Assembly (NCBI GenBank): GCA_964016885.1
Contig: OZ024740.1
Location: forward strand, 263,252,001-263,316,000
Length of the DNA stretch: 64,000 nucleotides
Source: Eledone cirrhosa
Lineage: Eukaryota
Direction: 5' to 3'
In this document: in pieces, positions 14,726 to 30,686 of the stretch
Position numbering within the stretch: the first letter of the stretch is position 1
Layout of the letters: each line of letters starts with the position of its first letter
Program-made: the position numbers and the translations under genes
The notes under the pieces: generated by a model
Seen by the model: the letters and a program-made list of their open reading frames with translations, nothing else
Told to the model about the DNA's origin: nothing
Databases searched by the model: none

Positions 14726-14802
<77 letters not shown>

Positions 14803-14849
14803 GTAAGGTACTCAATACAAAGCAGAGTATACATATTTAATATAGAAAA

Positions 14850-14900
14850 GGCTTCTACAGGACTAGAACTATTTCGTTCGGGAGAAATCATCAGGAAGCC
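14850..14900 (-). ncRNA. Type I hammerhead ribozyme motif
   Basis: Minus strand: GGCUUC-CUGAUGA-u UUC uccc GAA c-GAAA-UAG..CUG-UA-GAAGCC. Perfect 6-bp stem I, GUA cleavage triplet, mismatch at the base of stem II. Confidence 0.75.
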
Positions 14901-15872
14901 GGCTGTCCAAGTAATATGTTGGTATTTATATTTTTTCTGGTGGTAGGAGAGGGTGGTGATTGGGATGGATGGAGGTCATCCGTTGGTGGGTTTAGAGAAA
15001 AGGGAATACTTTAAAAACTATATTTATATTAACAAAGGCAGAAAGAATTCTATAGACAAATTCAAACAGGGGGGTGCCACTCCTGATATATAAGGTTCAC
15101 TTAAACTAACAATGGCTATGGTCAGATGTCTAAAAACACACACGCTCCCACACAATCGCACAAGCATACACACATATATATTTTAGCAGTGGTCATTTGG
15201 TTATCGTGGTTTGAGCTCTGCTGATGAACGACTCCAACCGTGACTAATCCCAATGAAAGGTTTCATGAAATAGTCTTTTTTAAGACTATATAGAGCATTT
15301 GTAGTTTTTCAAAATTGAAGGATGAGTATTTAACCTTAATTTTATTCTGAGTTAAGACTCTATTGGTTTTTTCCCTGGATTTCACAAAATCTGTGGATAA
15401 AATTTCTGTCTTGACTTATTTTTTTAATTGAGTTTGAATTATTTTCCCATATCTTACGTTAAATATTTTCCATCTTGACGTTATAGTCACTTATATATTA
15501 TGAAATACTGTTGGCTTCTTGCTCATATTAATTTCTCTATATACATATATACACATATGCACACATACACGTACATATACATATTGATTAAACACACATA
15601 TATACATATATACATATATACATATATACATACACACATATATATATATATACATACATATATATATAATATATATTTATATATATATATATGTATGTAT
15701 ATATAATTACTTGGTCGTTTCTTTGGCTGTACGGATGTTTTGTTTAACCATCATCTCAGTGTGTTTGGCCTTTAACGTATGTTGTAGCTCTGATTCATCT
15801 GAATCATCGAGCGCTTGCCACACATCTCGGAAGTTGTTCGTTAATTCCTACGCCGAAATAAGATTCTCGCTA

Positions 15873-15931
<59 letters not shown>

Positions 15932-16199
15932 AACTTATACACATACATATACACATGTATGCATACATATACATACATGCGTATGTATATTTTTGTCAAA
16001 TATATCCCGATTTTAGTCTTCACATTTGTTATGATTACTACTGTGTATATATATATATATATATAAGAAAATGTTTGACTCCGACGGCATGGGCTCTTCC
16101 CTCGGTGTTAAACATTTTCCTATTACCCACTCTATTACCCTAAGTATTGAGTATTCTGGTACGTTCTGTTCCATCTGGTTCCTTACCACACCTCCTTCG

Positions 16200-16237
<38 letters not shown>

Positions 16238-16246
16238 CTCTCTCTC

Positions 16247-16322
<76 letters not shown>

Positions 16323-16484
16323 TAATAATAAATTTGAAGACTAAAATCCACAAGAGGGCTCGATAAGGATAAATATATATCAAATATATATCAAATATAT
16401 ATATAAATATATATCAACTGTATAATAACCGTAGGGCGCTTCTTTGCTTAAACTTTAATCTGTTATTTTTATAAATATATATAT

Positions 16485-17707
<1,223 letters not shown>

Positions 17708-17794
17708 TCACAATTTTTTTTCTAACCGGGCCACCCACATCCACACCAACACACACGTGCGTACCCACACATATACACACTCAGCCTCCGTTGT

Positions 17795-18675
17795 TCTGGT
17801 CCTAGCGGCTCGCATTTCGGTCGCCCTCTTCAATTTGCATAGCTGTCTAAACGTAATGTTATAACTCTAAGGTAAAATTCCTTATTGAGCGCTTTTGGCT
17901 GCACTTCCCGACAGCATTCGTTAGCTTGCCCGCAATCAGAGTTTCGATTATGCTGTACTACCTTCTTGTATTATTATCTCCGAGGTTGACTTTGCCTTTC
18001 ATCCTTACGGGGTCGATAGAATAAAGTACCAGTAATGCACTGGGTAATTGCTGGCCTTGTGCCAAAAGTAGAAATAATTATTATCTCCTAGACTTATTGA
18101 TTAATTGATTAATTTAATTAGACAATTCTATTGATTGGTTAATTGTTTATATTTGCTTAATAACATCTAGTTGAGGGCTTTTATTCGGTTTGTGTATTGT
18201 TCAAATTTGGAATTTGACTGCTAAATCTTGGGTTAGCTCCCTTCGGATTAACCACATGACTACTGGCAGTGTTTACTACTAGTTCTTACAAACGGCGGCG
18301 GCAGAACGAAAACTTGTTGACGAAGTAAATTCCACTGTTCTATCTTCCAAAGTCCTATTAACTTACAGGCCCTTGCAAATTGATTTTGTTGATTTCGGAT
18401 TTAGAGAAACCTAGTGGAGATGTTATATAATATTATGTAATATATTCACGATGGTCCAGGTAATTGTCAAAGATTTCCCTGAGTCAGTTTTTTTCGGTGT
18501 TCTGTTCCTAGCGGCTCGCATTTCGGTCGCTATCTTCAATTTGCATAGCTGTCTAAACGTAATGTTATAACTCTAAGGTAAAATTCCTTATTGAGCGCTT
18601 TTGGCTGCACTTCCCGACAGCATTCGTTAGCTTGCCCGCAACTAGAGCTTCGATTATACTGTACTGCCTTCTTGT
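17795..18675. repeat. About 175-bp direct repeats (17795-17970 and 18502-18675)
   Basis: CCTAGCGGCTCGCATTTCGGTCGC..CCTTCTTGTA present twice at high identity. A SINE 3' half (17975-18085) lies between them. Confidence 0.8.
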
Positions 18676-18685
18676 ATATATATAT

Positions 18686-18727
<42 letters not shown>

Positions 18728-18733
18728 TTATAT

Positions 18734-18798
<65 letters not shown>

Positions 18799-18864
18799 TA
18801 TATACATATATATATACATACATACACACTCACATACACACATATACAACATATACTTACGCAC

Positions 18865-18971
<107 letters not shown>

Positions 18972-20007
18972 TGTTATTGTTAATAATTATAGCACGTTAA
19001 ACGATTGTCCCAGCGGAAGAGATTTAATTGATTATTTGTAAGGAAAATAAAACAAAATCATTAGCTTAATGAGTAAGTCGTGTCAAAAAAATCAAGAGAG
19101 ACAACTGTCCGGATTTAAACGTTAAGCTAATCGGTTGTTTTTCTCCTCACTATCTTTATAATTTTAATTAAAATTTCTAGGTCATTACATGCATTATGTT
19201 AGCACCCACTCTTCTTCTTTGTATATTTCTGAATAATTTGATTTCTAAGCTGTACTTGTCTGGCAAGAAATTTAATCTGAGAGAGCTTACCTCACGGAGG
19301 ACAGGGATTTTGTCAAATATCCTCAGCAGATTTCAGTTCATCTCTGTTGCTGGACTTAGATGATAGGTGTGTCCTCTGTACGTATATTGTCCAAATTTGA
19401 AATAAAATTCATATACAACGAAGAGAAAGTTGATCATAAACGATATAGTAGTTGAATCTACCCGTGCCGTATTGCAAAATATTTGAAGCAATAATAACAC
19501 GCCTGCAATAAAACTGAATGACTCCTATTTAGTTGTTGTTGTTATTGTTTTTATTTTTGATGCTGATCGTCGGTAAAGTTGTACCAACAGCGAGCATCTG
19601 CTACATTTCTATGTCCAGGACTGCATCAGGTATTTTAGGCTGTGATTTCAAGGAGATTAGGTAGCTATTTCTAGACGAGTGAGCGGCAAATATACATTCT
19701 GTTGTAGTTTGGTTGAAATTAAGTTTTGAAATAGTGAAAATTATTGAAGGTATGACAAATTATAAATAAATGGTGATACAAGCAGAATTAAAAACCTGCC
19801 ATTAAACAAAACGCAATGTAAATGTAACCGAGTATAAATCTCTTACATTAAAGTACACATTACACACTAAGAGACAGCTGTGTAAGATATACTTTCTGAA
19901 GCGTCCAAATACAACAAAAAAAATGTATGAATTCGTAACAGGCTTGATTCCGCAATCTTGTATCCACACAGACATAGATGTACACATGCGTATCTATGTA
20001 TGTACGT

Positions 20008-20047
<40 letters not shown>

Positions 20048-20192
20048 ATGTACGTTCATACGTATGTTTGTATGTATGTATGTAAGTATGTATGTACGTA
20101 TGTATGCATATATGTATGTATATATGTATGTATTTATGTATGTATGTATTATATATATATATATACGTATATACGTATATATATATATATAT

Positions 20193-20271
<79 letters not shown>

Positions 20272-20314
20272 TATTTATATACATATATATATGTGTTTGT
20301 GTGTGTGTGTGTGT

Positions 20315-20383
<69 letters not shown>

Positions 20384-21682
20384 TTGCCGTATGTTTGTGT
20401 ATGTGCGTAAACCTACAAAGGTATTATAGTTACGATAAAATTGTTTCAAATTAATTGAAATCACACTGACAATGAAAATTTCTCCTCAACTCTTTCTTAT
20501 TTTTTCTGTTTTTCATTTTTTTTTTCACACATAAGAAAGAAGACAGGATGTCATAGAAAATAAGCAAGATGGCGCCAAGTTAAAATACCTCAGGCCAAAA
20601 TGGTATAATCGAATAGGTGTATCAATAAAACAGCGAAACAATGAAATAGAAGAAAATATGGAATTTGTCTACAGCGTTTTTCTTACAATGGTAGCAATTT
20701 CAGCGAAAGATTTGAGGCCACAGTTTCGTAATAAAATACATTTTTCATTTCATTTCTATCTCTTTTACTTCTCTTTCTTCCCTTTCTTCATTTCAGTATT
20801 GTTTCCTTATGAGATATTGAGGGATTCTACTAGAAAAACAACATACTGCATAATGCACGTATGTATGTATGTATGTATGTATGTATGTATGTATGTATGT
20901 ATGTATGTATGTATGTATGTATGTATGTATGTATGTATGTATGCATGTATGTATGTATGTGTGTATGTATGTATGTATGAGTAAGCGTATCTATGCGTGT
21001 ATGTATGTGCATGCGTATCTATGCATGTATGTAGGTGAGTATGCAAATATGTATATAGGTATGTATATATGTATGAATATGTATATAATAAGGACGTATA
21101 TGGCAGAATATACGTTAAGTTTATTATAATGAATATACAAGAGCCTCTCTATGAATGTTGTAAACTATGGTCATGTATTTCAGCCACCACAGTATTTGTG
21201 AAACAAATGTTTATAGATTATTTCCTCCTTCATCAGTGACACTCCTCTCTCGGTACAGTTATGAGAACCTGTTCTGACAGAGAAGACAATTTATTAATTT
21301 TTTAAACGTAAAAATGTTTTATCATATAACAAACATAAGTTTAAACAGAAATACATACATATAATCAATTAATTAATCGATTAAACATAAACATATTATG
21401 TCAACTATATTTTACCAACAGAAGTTATCCAACGATGGAAATATCAAAAATTAAGTAATGAAAAGAGCGGGGAAGAGGCAATGAAGAGCAGATCTGGTTG
21501 TATAGCAAAATAGAGGAAAGGACAATAAATTCCAAAAATGAGAGGAAAAGGACGCAAAAAGCAAGAACTATTAGGCTATGAAAGAAAAGGAAGGGTAAGA
21601 AGAAAGCGTAGTCGTCTCTATGTCTATAGTGGGGCGGTGTTTCGGCTGTGCCTAATTTCATGATTTGTTCATGAAAAATAAC

Positions 21683-21871
21683 TGTTTCTACTTTTGGCAC
21701 AAGGCCAGCAAATACCCAGTGCATTACTGGTACTTTATTTGATCGACCCCGTAAGGATGAAAGGCAAAGATAACCTCGGCGGGATTTGAACTCAGAATGG
21801 CAAGGGCCGTAACTCTATGCGTCAAGGCATGGCGTCCGACCCTCTACCGATACTGCCAATCCACCTCCTTG
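21683..21871 (-). mobile_element. Full-length tRNA-derived SINE with 12-bp TSD
   Basis: Complete head, core and tail. ATGAAAAATAAC at 21671-21682 and 21872-21883. Confidence 0.92.
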
Positions 21872-22249
21872 ATGAAAAATAACGATGATTAAAAATAACG
21901 TTTATGGGAAACTCAGAATTTGTACATTGAAACAAATTAGAAACTTAACTTGATACTTTATTTTACAACCAGGCTAGCTTACTTCTGCTGGCTGCAAGGT
22001 TGGCACTATTATTAAAGCTAATAAGGCAGCCCCACCAAGAGCATTGTTTGTTTACGTATGAATCATTGACTGGGGATATCATTTGCATATACTGAAACAA
22101 TGAAGCATCAGTTAAAAATGCTCATTTGCATATAGTGCTAACTTTACTGGCTAGCGTTAATTGGCAGTCGCACGAACATAACGTCGTTTATAATAGGAGT
22201 GTATATAAAAGCATGTACGTCAAATTTATGTATAATAAACATAAACGAA

Positions 22250-22665
22250 GCCGGTGAGCACGTAAAGGGTCGTAGCTCCATGCCGCAAAGCATGTTGCCC
22301 GAGCAAAGCTCTACCAATACTACCAATCCAATGCCCTAGAAATTTCTCAACTGGTTGGTTCTACGTTTGGCAGAAGGCCAGCAATTTGAAGGGAAGCTTA
22401 AAGTCGATTAAATATAACCCAATGCGTTACTAGTACTTTGTATTATCGACCCCGTAACGATGAAAGAAAAAGCTAACCTAGGCGGGATATGAATTCAGAA
22501 CGGAAAAAAACCATAACTATATGCCTCGAAGCATATTGCCCGACGCCCTACCGATACTAACAATATACCGCTTTAATAATGCTTAAATAATGGTTTCTGA
22601 TTTAGAATTCAATCCCAACAATGTGGGGGGTGGGGGTGGGGGGGATTAAATCGATCCTAGTGTGT
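22250..22665 (-). mobile_element. Cluster of 2-3 diverged SINE copies
   Basis: CTACCAATACTACCAATCC heads, TATCGACCCCGTAACGATGAAAG core, GGCCAGCAATTTG tail. Confidence 0.7.
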
Positions 22666-22877
22666 TACGTAATTCTATGCATTTAAACACCTGTAGGAGA
22701 TCATATTATGCAATAATTATTTCTTCGTATTTCAAAAGACCTCGCTTAGTGTTTCCTTATGCCCTACTCATATGTATATACTTATATATATACATATATA
22801 TATATGCATATACACACACATACACACACACATGTATATATGTACACAAACATGCACATATATATATGGAAACAATG

Positions 22878-23157
22878 AAATTTCATTTCTCACTCTTAGT
22901 ACGAGTTAAGCCGTAGAGTGTTCGGCAACCCTTTTGTTCAACACTGACAAAGGAACGATGAACTAGTTTCTAGCTTATTAGTTGTCATCAGCACCGTATA
23001 CCTCCCTGTCAATCGATTGAACGTTTGAAAGTATATACTTTCCTTACGCATATTAACGGCTGCGCAGCCTAATTTGCATATCGAGTGAGTTAGTCGGCAG
23101 GGCGTACCGAAAACACTAAATGTAAAAAAATAAATTTCATTTCTGACTCTTAGTACG
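22878..23157 (-). mobile_element. Non-coding HHR-containing unit, 254-nt period, 26-bp terminal direct repeat (retrozyme-like)
   Basis: AAATTTCATTTCT(C/G)ACTCTTAGTACG at 22878 and 23132. Minus-strand HHR at 22955-22997. ATGCAAAT octamer near 23072-23079. Permuted homologue at 63836-64000. Confidence 0.6.
22955..22997 (-). ncRNA. Minimal type I hammerhead ribozyme motif
   Basis: ACGGUG-CUGAUGA-caacu aaua agcua-GAAA-CUAG-UU-CAUCGU. 6-bp stem I, palindromic ACUAGU stem III, stem II damaged. Confidence 0.7.
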
Positions 23158-23390
23158 GCTGATACTTAAATATAAGTATGTACACGTACATACATATATG
23201 TATACAGACGTACAGTAGTATGTACATACATACATACATGCACATATATATATATATGTACGTATGGGTTTACCGAATATTTATTATAATGTTCGATTTG
23301 TTTGTAAACGTTCAATCGACTAACAGGATAGAGGGCGAGGGATAGAGAGAGTGAGAGATAGCGATACACATGCATTCACACTCAAATATA

Positions 23391-23482
<92 letters not shown>

Positions 23483-23505
23483 GAACACACACACACATAT
23501 ATATA

Positions 23506-23843
<338 letters not shown>

Positions 23844-24439
23844 TAGTTATGTAATAAACAACATGAGATAATTATTTCATTTACCAAAGGTTTCACGAAG
23901 CTAGACGACCCTGGCACAGGCGTCTGACATTGCTAGTCGGAATGACAATTTATTTTAAATGGAAGTGAGATATGCATATCAAAACAGAGTCTAGGACAAT
24001 TGAAAGCGAGGCTGAAATAAAATAACGGACATAATGTAAAGGAAATAACAATGTTTTCGCTAATGGAGACATATATACATATACCTATATATGTATTTAT
24101 CTAATATATAATATGCGGGGTATTTTGATCCATTGATCCGATGTACTAGGAGGTCGGGCAAGGGAGAGAAAAATCGAGATACAGCGAACCATGTGGACAG
24201 ATAGAGGTGTAAGAGCAGCGATTTGTCAAAAAGTTCTTTATGGAGTCCACGCATAATCACAGACACACATCCACACATACATATGCACTCCCACACTCAC
24301 GTACGCTTACACAAGGAATTGTAGTCTAATGAGCGTTTATACGAAGTTTGCTGAATATTCTCATTCTCCCTTCTTTCTCAATATTATGTTTGTATTAATT
24401 AATCCTGAAACGGAATTCATATGACAGAATCAATAGATC

Positions 24440-24560
24440 TTCGGACACCATGCTTCGTGTCATAGAGCTACGGTCTTCTACGTTGTGTGTTCAAATTCCG
24501 CCGAGGTTCGTTTTGTCTCTCATCTAGACGCGGCCGATAAAATAAAGTACCACACTGGAC
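24440..24560 (+). mobile_element. Diverged SINE
   Basis: TCGGACACCATGCTT..GTTCAAATTCCGCCGAGGTT..CGATAAAATAAAGTACCA. Confidence 0.7.
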
Positions 24561-24582
24561 GCATATTTGTAGAATTCTTCTT

Positions 24583-24717
<135 letters not shown>

Positions 24718-24725
24718 GTTGTTGT

Positions 24726-24792
24726 TATTCCTTGAATCTCAGTCATTGATGTTGGTTAACTGGAAAGTCCGTTGGATTGAATATCAAGCCAC

Positions 24793-24794
<2 letters not shown>
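24726..24794 (-). mobile_element. About 70-bp 3'-UTR-only copy of the adjacent R4/Dong-like LINE
   Basis: Identical to 24841-24909, with its own (TAA)n tail and TAA repeats on both sides. Confidence 0.85.
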
Positions 24795-24832
<38 letters not shown>

Positions 24833-24840
24833 GTTATTGT

Positions 24841-26768
24841 TATTCCTTGAATCTCAGTCATTGATGTTGGTTAACTGGAAAGTCCGTTGGATTGAATATC
24901 AAGCCACTACCTGCAGCCTCAGATATTCAGGACGTATCGAAGGGTTCTTGCTGTTCCAAGCAAGCATGCCTTTTGAAGCGTTCCAAAAAGCGTGAAGGGG
25001 CCGATTTTCTTTAACCATCCCTGGAAACTTTTGGAGATAGTCCCCAGTGCGCCTATGACAATTGGGATCACTTTGACTTCATGGCAGTTCCAAATCCTTT
25101 TCACCTCCCACTTTAGGTCCTGGTATCGGTTAATTTTCTCCCTCTCCTTCTCTTGCACTCTCGTGTCGAAAGGGCAGGCCACATCCACAATCAGGCACGA
25201 TCTTTTTTCTTTGTCCACAACCACCAGGTCAGGTCTATTGTGTTCCAGTTTTTTGTCCGTCTGTATCCTAAAATCCCACAGCACCTTCACCTGATTGTTC
25301 TCCATCACCGCCTCTGGCCTATGCTCATACCATTTCTCAGAATGTGGTAGATTGTTTACTTTGCACAGGTGCCAGTGGATCACCCTGCCCATCACATCGT
25401 GTCTCCAGCCCTTATAGTGGGTCTGGGCTAGGTGTTTACACTCGGACACAATGTGAGCCACAGTCTCCTCTCTCTCTCCACAGATCCTGCACAGTGGGCT
25501 AGCCTCCTCCTTGTAGATATGGTGCTTCAACCACTTCGTTTTGAGGGCCTGCTCCTGCGCAGCCATTAGCATTCCTTCTGTAGCCTTTTTGAGGTCTCCT
25601 CTTCTCAACCAGTTCCATGTCTGTGGATCTCTAAATTCAGTTTTCTCAAAGAAGGTACTATGAAGGGGTTTTCCCTTAAGGCTGCTCTTCCTCCTTGATG
25701 TTATTTCCTCCCTGGACATCCCCTGGCCTACTGTCCCCTCCTTCAGTACAGTTCTGAGCATTGGCTCCTTACTATAGGTCACGTATTTGTATAGGTTGTT
25801 TTTCTCCATCTGAACACAGTCCTCTATGCTGATAAGACCTCTTCCACCCTCAGATCTCCTTAGGTAGAGTCTATCGACATCACTCCTCTTGTGGAACATG
25901 TTGTAGATAGTCAATAGCTTCCTAGTCTTCCTATCCATTTCTTTCTGTTCAGCAGCATTCCATCTCAGAATTCCCGCACTGTACCTAATAATAGACACAG
26001 CTCGGGCATTTACTGCGCTTATGGCATTTCTGCTGTTCAGATGTGACTTCAATACGCTCCTTACTCTCCGAATGTAATCAGTTCTTAACAATTCCTTCAT
26101 TTTTTTGTTCTTTATGCCATCAGCCTCCAGAACGCCCAAATACTTGTATCCTTCCTCAGAGTCAATTTCCTTTATCATCTCACCTGTTGGTATCTGGATC
26201 CCGTTACTTCTGCTCAACCTACCCCTCTTCATCACAATGACTCCACATTTACCAATACCAAACTGCACACATATATCACTGCTGAAAATACGGACAGTGT
26301 CAACAAGCACATCCAACTCCTTCTCACTTTTCCCGAAGAGCTTAAGATCGTCCATGAAGAGGAGGTGATCGATGGTAAGCTCTCCCCTTCCCAACTTGTA
26401 TCCTGCTCTCACTTTTCGCAGCATAATGGTCAAGGGCATCAGGGCAAGGACAAACAACAGAAGGGACAGGCTATCTCCCTGGAAGATACCTCTCTTGATC
26501 TTCACGCTTCCCAAGGATACTCCAGTTGATGTCAACTCTGTCTCCCAGGACCCCATACTCCTGCCTAGCAACTGTCTGATGTTATCTGCCACCCTGAAGA
26601 TCTCCAGGCTTTTGGTGATCCAGTAATGAGGCACCATGTCAAATGCCTTTCTGTAGTCTATCCATCCCATGGCAAGATCAGTGTGTCTCCTCCTGCAATT
26701 CCCCATTACCATCTTATCAATAAGCAACTGGTCCTTTGTACCACGTGACTTCTTTCGGCATGCTTTCT

Positions 26769-26770
<2 letters not shown>
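24841..26770 (-). mobile_element. 5'-truncated R4/Dong-like non-LTR retrotransposon inserted in (TAA)n
   Basis: Stop-free ORF from the truncation point to 24919, short 3' UTR, (TAA)n on both flanks. Same family as 1-3145. Confidence 0.95.
24919..26727 (-). CDS. Retrotransposon polyprotein fragment: RT, CCHC knuckle, restriction-like endonuclease
   Basis: 602 aa: [75 protein letters not shown]-terminus missing, so not a true start codon. Confidence 0.93.
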   Translation of the reverse strand: MLIDKMVMGNCRRRHTDLAMGWIDYRKAFDMVPHYWITKSLEIFRVADNIRQLLGRSMGSWETELTSTGVSLGSVKIKRGIFQGDSLSLLLFVLALMPLTIMLRKVRAGYKLGRGELTIDHLLFMDDLKLFGKSEKELDVLVDTVRIFSSDICVQFGIGKCGVIVMKRGRLSRSNGIQIPTGEMIKEIDSEEGYKYLGVLEADGIKNKKMKELLRTDYIRRVRSVLKSHLNSRNAISAVNARAVSIIRYSAGILRWNAAEQKEMDRKTRKLLTIYNMFHKRSDVDRLYLRRSEGGRGLISIEDCVQMEKNNLYKYVTYSKEPMLRTVLKEGTVGQGMSREEITSRRKSSLKGKPLHSTFFEKTEFRDPQTWNWLRRGDLKKATEGMLMAAQEQALKTKWLKHHIYKEEASPLCRICGEREETVAHIVSECKHLAQTHYKGWRHDVMGRVIHWHLCKVNNLPHSEKWYEHRPEAVMENNQVKVLWDFRIQTDKKLEHNRPDLVVVDKEKRSCLIVDVACPFDTRVQEKEREKINRYQDLKWEVKRIWNCHEVKVIPIVIGALGTISKSFQGWLKKIGPFTLFGTLQKACLLGTARTLRYVLNI

Positions 26771-27148
<378 letters not shown>

Positions 27149-28529
27149 TGTGTGTGTTTGTGTGCGTGACCCTATATATATAATAACTCTCTTTCCATCT
27201 ATTTATCTGTCTATTTCAGGTTCTGGCGCCACAAAACTAATGCTTCAGGCGAATGAAACCCGTCAACCTGGGACGGTCGCGCACCTATATGAGGGAAAAG
27301 CGTAGGCTAGTAGCCAGACCCACTGGCTTTGTGAGTAAGCCCTGAGGTGGAATAAATAGATGGAGTCCATAAGTCAATCCAAATAGCCCGCCCCATTTAT
27401 ATATAAATATAACACATACACACACACACATATACACAAACAAACAGACACACACCCACGCATACACACAGACACACAGACACGCATACATATTATATAT
27501 ATATATATATATAAATATTAATTCAAAATATAAAAAAAAATATACATTCGTGTGATCAAATATATTTTATTTTACATATTTCAGAGGTACTGAGCTATCT
27601 TCAACAGTACGTCCTCATCAGATAAAATAAGATGATGCATGACATGCCCTGACTTAGTAGATAGTTAAGCTTCAGTCATGGTAGTGAATAAGATATCACA
27701 AAACTCAATATCTATATACCTTAAGAATTGAGACATGAAACAATTTACATATAATACAGAGGATGCTTGTGAGAAAGCTTAAAAATACATAATAGCAATT
27801 TACATAACTGTTAGAGATTCAAATAATTTAAATTATTGAAGAAAGAAGAAATAAAGAAGAAAGACATAGAGAAATAAATGAGGAAAAATATAGTTACTAG
27901 AAGTATAGAAAGCAAAAGAGAATTGATCAATGATAGAGAGACAAAGAGGAATAATGTTTATAGTATAACGCATAGGAAGTAGATTTGTATTGTCGTGGAT
28001 GAATAGGGTGCGATTAGATGATGCAATATATATATATATATATATATATAAATACTTAAATATACATTTGGGCATAGCAATCAATCTAAATATTAAATAT
28101 ATCTGGGTGTAATTATATGAGGGTTTAATTTCGAGTCTTTAGTTAATTAGAAATATACTAAACAATTAATGATATGCATTATATATATCCAAACGTATCC
28201 GGCTGACCGTTAAATTTAGAATCATTTATGTTAGTTCAGAATAATGAATTAATCTAAAGGTATAATATTTCAGGCTATAAAAGTTTATAAATATCTATAT
28301 TAAAGTATATTATCATATTTAATTTATAAAATCATAGTTAAAGTATTTGCAAACATGAGAAAGAAGAGACTTAACATTTTCATCCTCTCGAAGGTAATCC
28401 ATATTAAATCATATTATCTTATATTATATTTAAAAAAAATGTTTATATTAAAATAATAATTCTCATTATATAATTTAGAAGATAATTACAGTTATAACTT
28501 TAAAAATTTAAAATTAACAATTAAAAAAG

Positions 28530-29460
28530 CAGGATATTATAATGACGCGCTACGAAAGGCAGGTTATAAAAATAATATTGAATATATAGATAATAATAAT
28601 TTGAATTATAATCCTGATAAAAATAAGACTAACATATATAAACGAGATTCTAAAAATTATAATACAAACACAAATACTGTGAATAAATCGGTGAAAATAA
28701 TCAGAACTAAATCAGTTATATGCCCCCCCCCCGCTTCTGTAGCAATAAAAACACCACTCACAAATCTATTCTTTAAAGCTTTAGATAAATGCTTCCCCAT
28801 TCAACACAAATACCGTTCCATATTTAACAGACACACAATTAAGCTCTCTTATTCTACAACTATGAATATGGCCCAGAACATCGCAAAAATAAATAGTAGA
28901 ATTCTAAATCATGATCAACAAATAATTAACGATAATGAATATAATAAAATTAGAAATATTAATACTAGGAATAACGATAAAATTAATCAAAGCACAATCA
29001 ATAGAACTTCAAAGTACTAACAATGTTAATGTCAATTGTCCAATTTATAGTAATAACAATAAATCGAAATCTAATTGTAGGAATAGATGAAATTGCGCTC
29101 TGCAAAATAATTGTCTGGATAGCAATCTGGTCTATAAATGCACCGTAAAAGCAAATAACATCACATACAACTATATTGGTGCAACTTCATCAACATTTAA
29201 ATTAAGATTTTCGAATCACAACTGTCCTAATAGGAAATCTTCGACTTCTTTATCACAACTTATATGGTCGTTAAAAGACAAACATTTAAAATACTCGATG
29301 TTTTGGTCGAAGCTGTGTAATAGTGGAATCTACTTGAATTCTTCAATATCACCTATCTGCAATATTTGTACTATGGAGACCCTATTAATAATTAATAATT
29401 CTGAAAATTGAATTAACAAAAAAAGTGAATTATTCTCAAATTGCATTCATAAAGCTTCCT
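28530..29460 (+). pseudogene. PLE ORF 3' part (thumb/linker + GIY-YIG endonuclease), degenerate
   Basis: YNDALRKAGY, LDKCFPIQHKYRSIFNRHTIKLSYS, NCRN..CALQNNCL..NLVYKCTV..YIGATSSTFKLRFSNH, IWSLKD, CNIC..E. Confidence 0.85.
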
Positions 29461-30686
29461 CCTACATTCCAAGCCTCGCAAAAAGTCAGGAAAAAACACT
29501 AAATAAATAGGTTCTAATTTTTGACGTCCCTGAGTGCGTAAAATTTTATAGCAGATTATACAACCTTATAATAATTTTTTATTCATTTATGATATGATTA
29601 ATGTTAGAGTAAGGGTTCTATATACATATATAAACATATAGATTGTTAACAGAATATCTTGAATATGTATATCATTTGATTGTGTAGATACATTTAATTT
29701 GATTGGGTTTCTTGTATTTTTTTCAAATATATAGCTTATATGGTTAACAGTTGTAAGGAACCGTAAACCATTCATACATTAATGTATTTATGTATTTATT
29801 CTTTTGGAGTATGTTAGTTTTAAGATTAAGGATGTTTCGCACACAATCCTAGTCGACAAACTTTTTCCACTTAACTTGATGTAAAACTTCAATTATAACT
29901 TTACTAACAATGATTGTATTTATTATTTATTATCTGTAAATGGATCACTAATATCGTTTTGAGTTCCGAACAGAATACTCTATATATTTGGACAAATGTG
30001 TATATCTAGTTTAATAACATGCTTCTAGCTACATTTATAATTACTTTAGATACTTAAAGACATTCTAGTGTTATAATTGTTAAATATTTTGTAAATTATA
30101 TAACGATTATTATTTTTTAATTTAATTAAATTTGGGTTACCTTCGGGTCGTTGAAAATCTTAAGTCTTCTATTTCTCATGTTTGCAGACACTTTAAATAT
30201 GATATTATACTACAATATATATCCTTAAACATTTTCTTGTATTTTTAAATCATATAGCTTAGGTATTTGGCACTTATAGGATCGCAAACAATTTATTTAT
30301 TTATTTTGAATCTGGTTCTTATCCTTATGATTCCTGAGGTTTGACTTGTATATTTATAGTATATATGTATTACATGATCCTAATATAATAATTGATCTAA
30401 AAGCTTAATTTTAACAATTTTAACAATATTAACAGTAACTTATTTATTATATTATATTATATTATGTTATGTATAACAGACTAATATCGTCTTGAACTTT
30501 AGACAATATAATCTTTGTATATATTTAGACAAATGCGTATATCTAATTTAATAATACCCTTTTTAAGTGTAATTATAAGGCCTTTAGATAATTTAGGGCA
30601 TTCTAATTGCTAATTTTAAATTTTTAAGTTATAACTGTAATTATTTTCAAAATTATATAATGAGAATTATTATTTTAATATAAACA

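Noticed and set aside
15215-15270. CTGATGA as a hammerhead (also ~21225, ~32295, ~33530, ~56950, ~60713)
   Set aside because: No correctly placed GAAA and UH with pairable stems I and II.
17862-17876. ATAACTCTAAGGTA resembling an rDNA or homing-endonuclease target
   Set aside because: Short partial match with no rRNA sequence around it.
22075-22135. Two ATTTGCAT octamers 44 bp apart as an enhancer
   Set aside because: Several such 8-mers are expected by chance in 64 kb of AT-rich DNA, and there is no other support.
29080-29100. In-frame TGA in the PLE Cys-rich linker as selenocysteine
   Set aside because: The TGA is not at a conserved Cys position, and the ORF has other stops and frameshifts.
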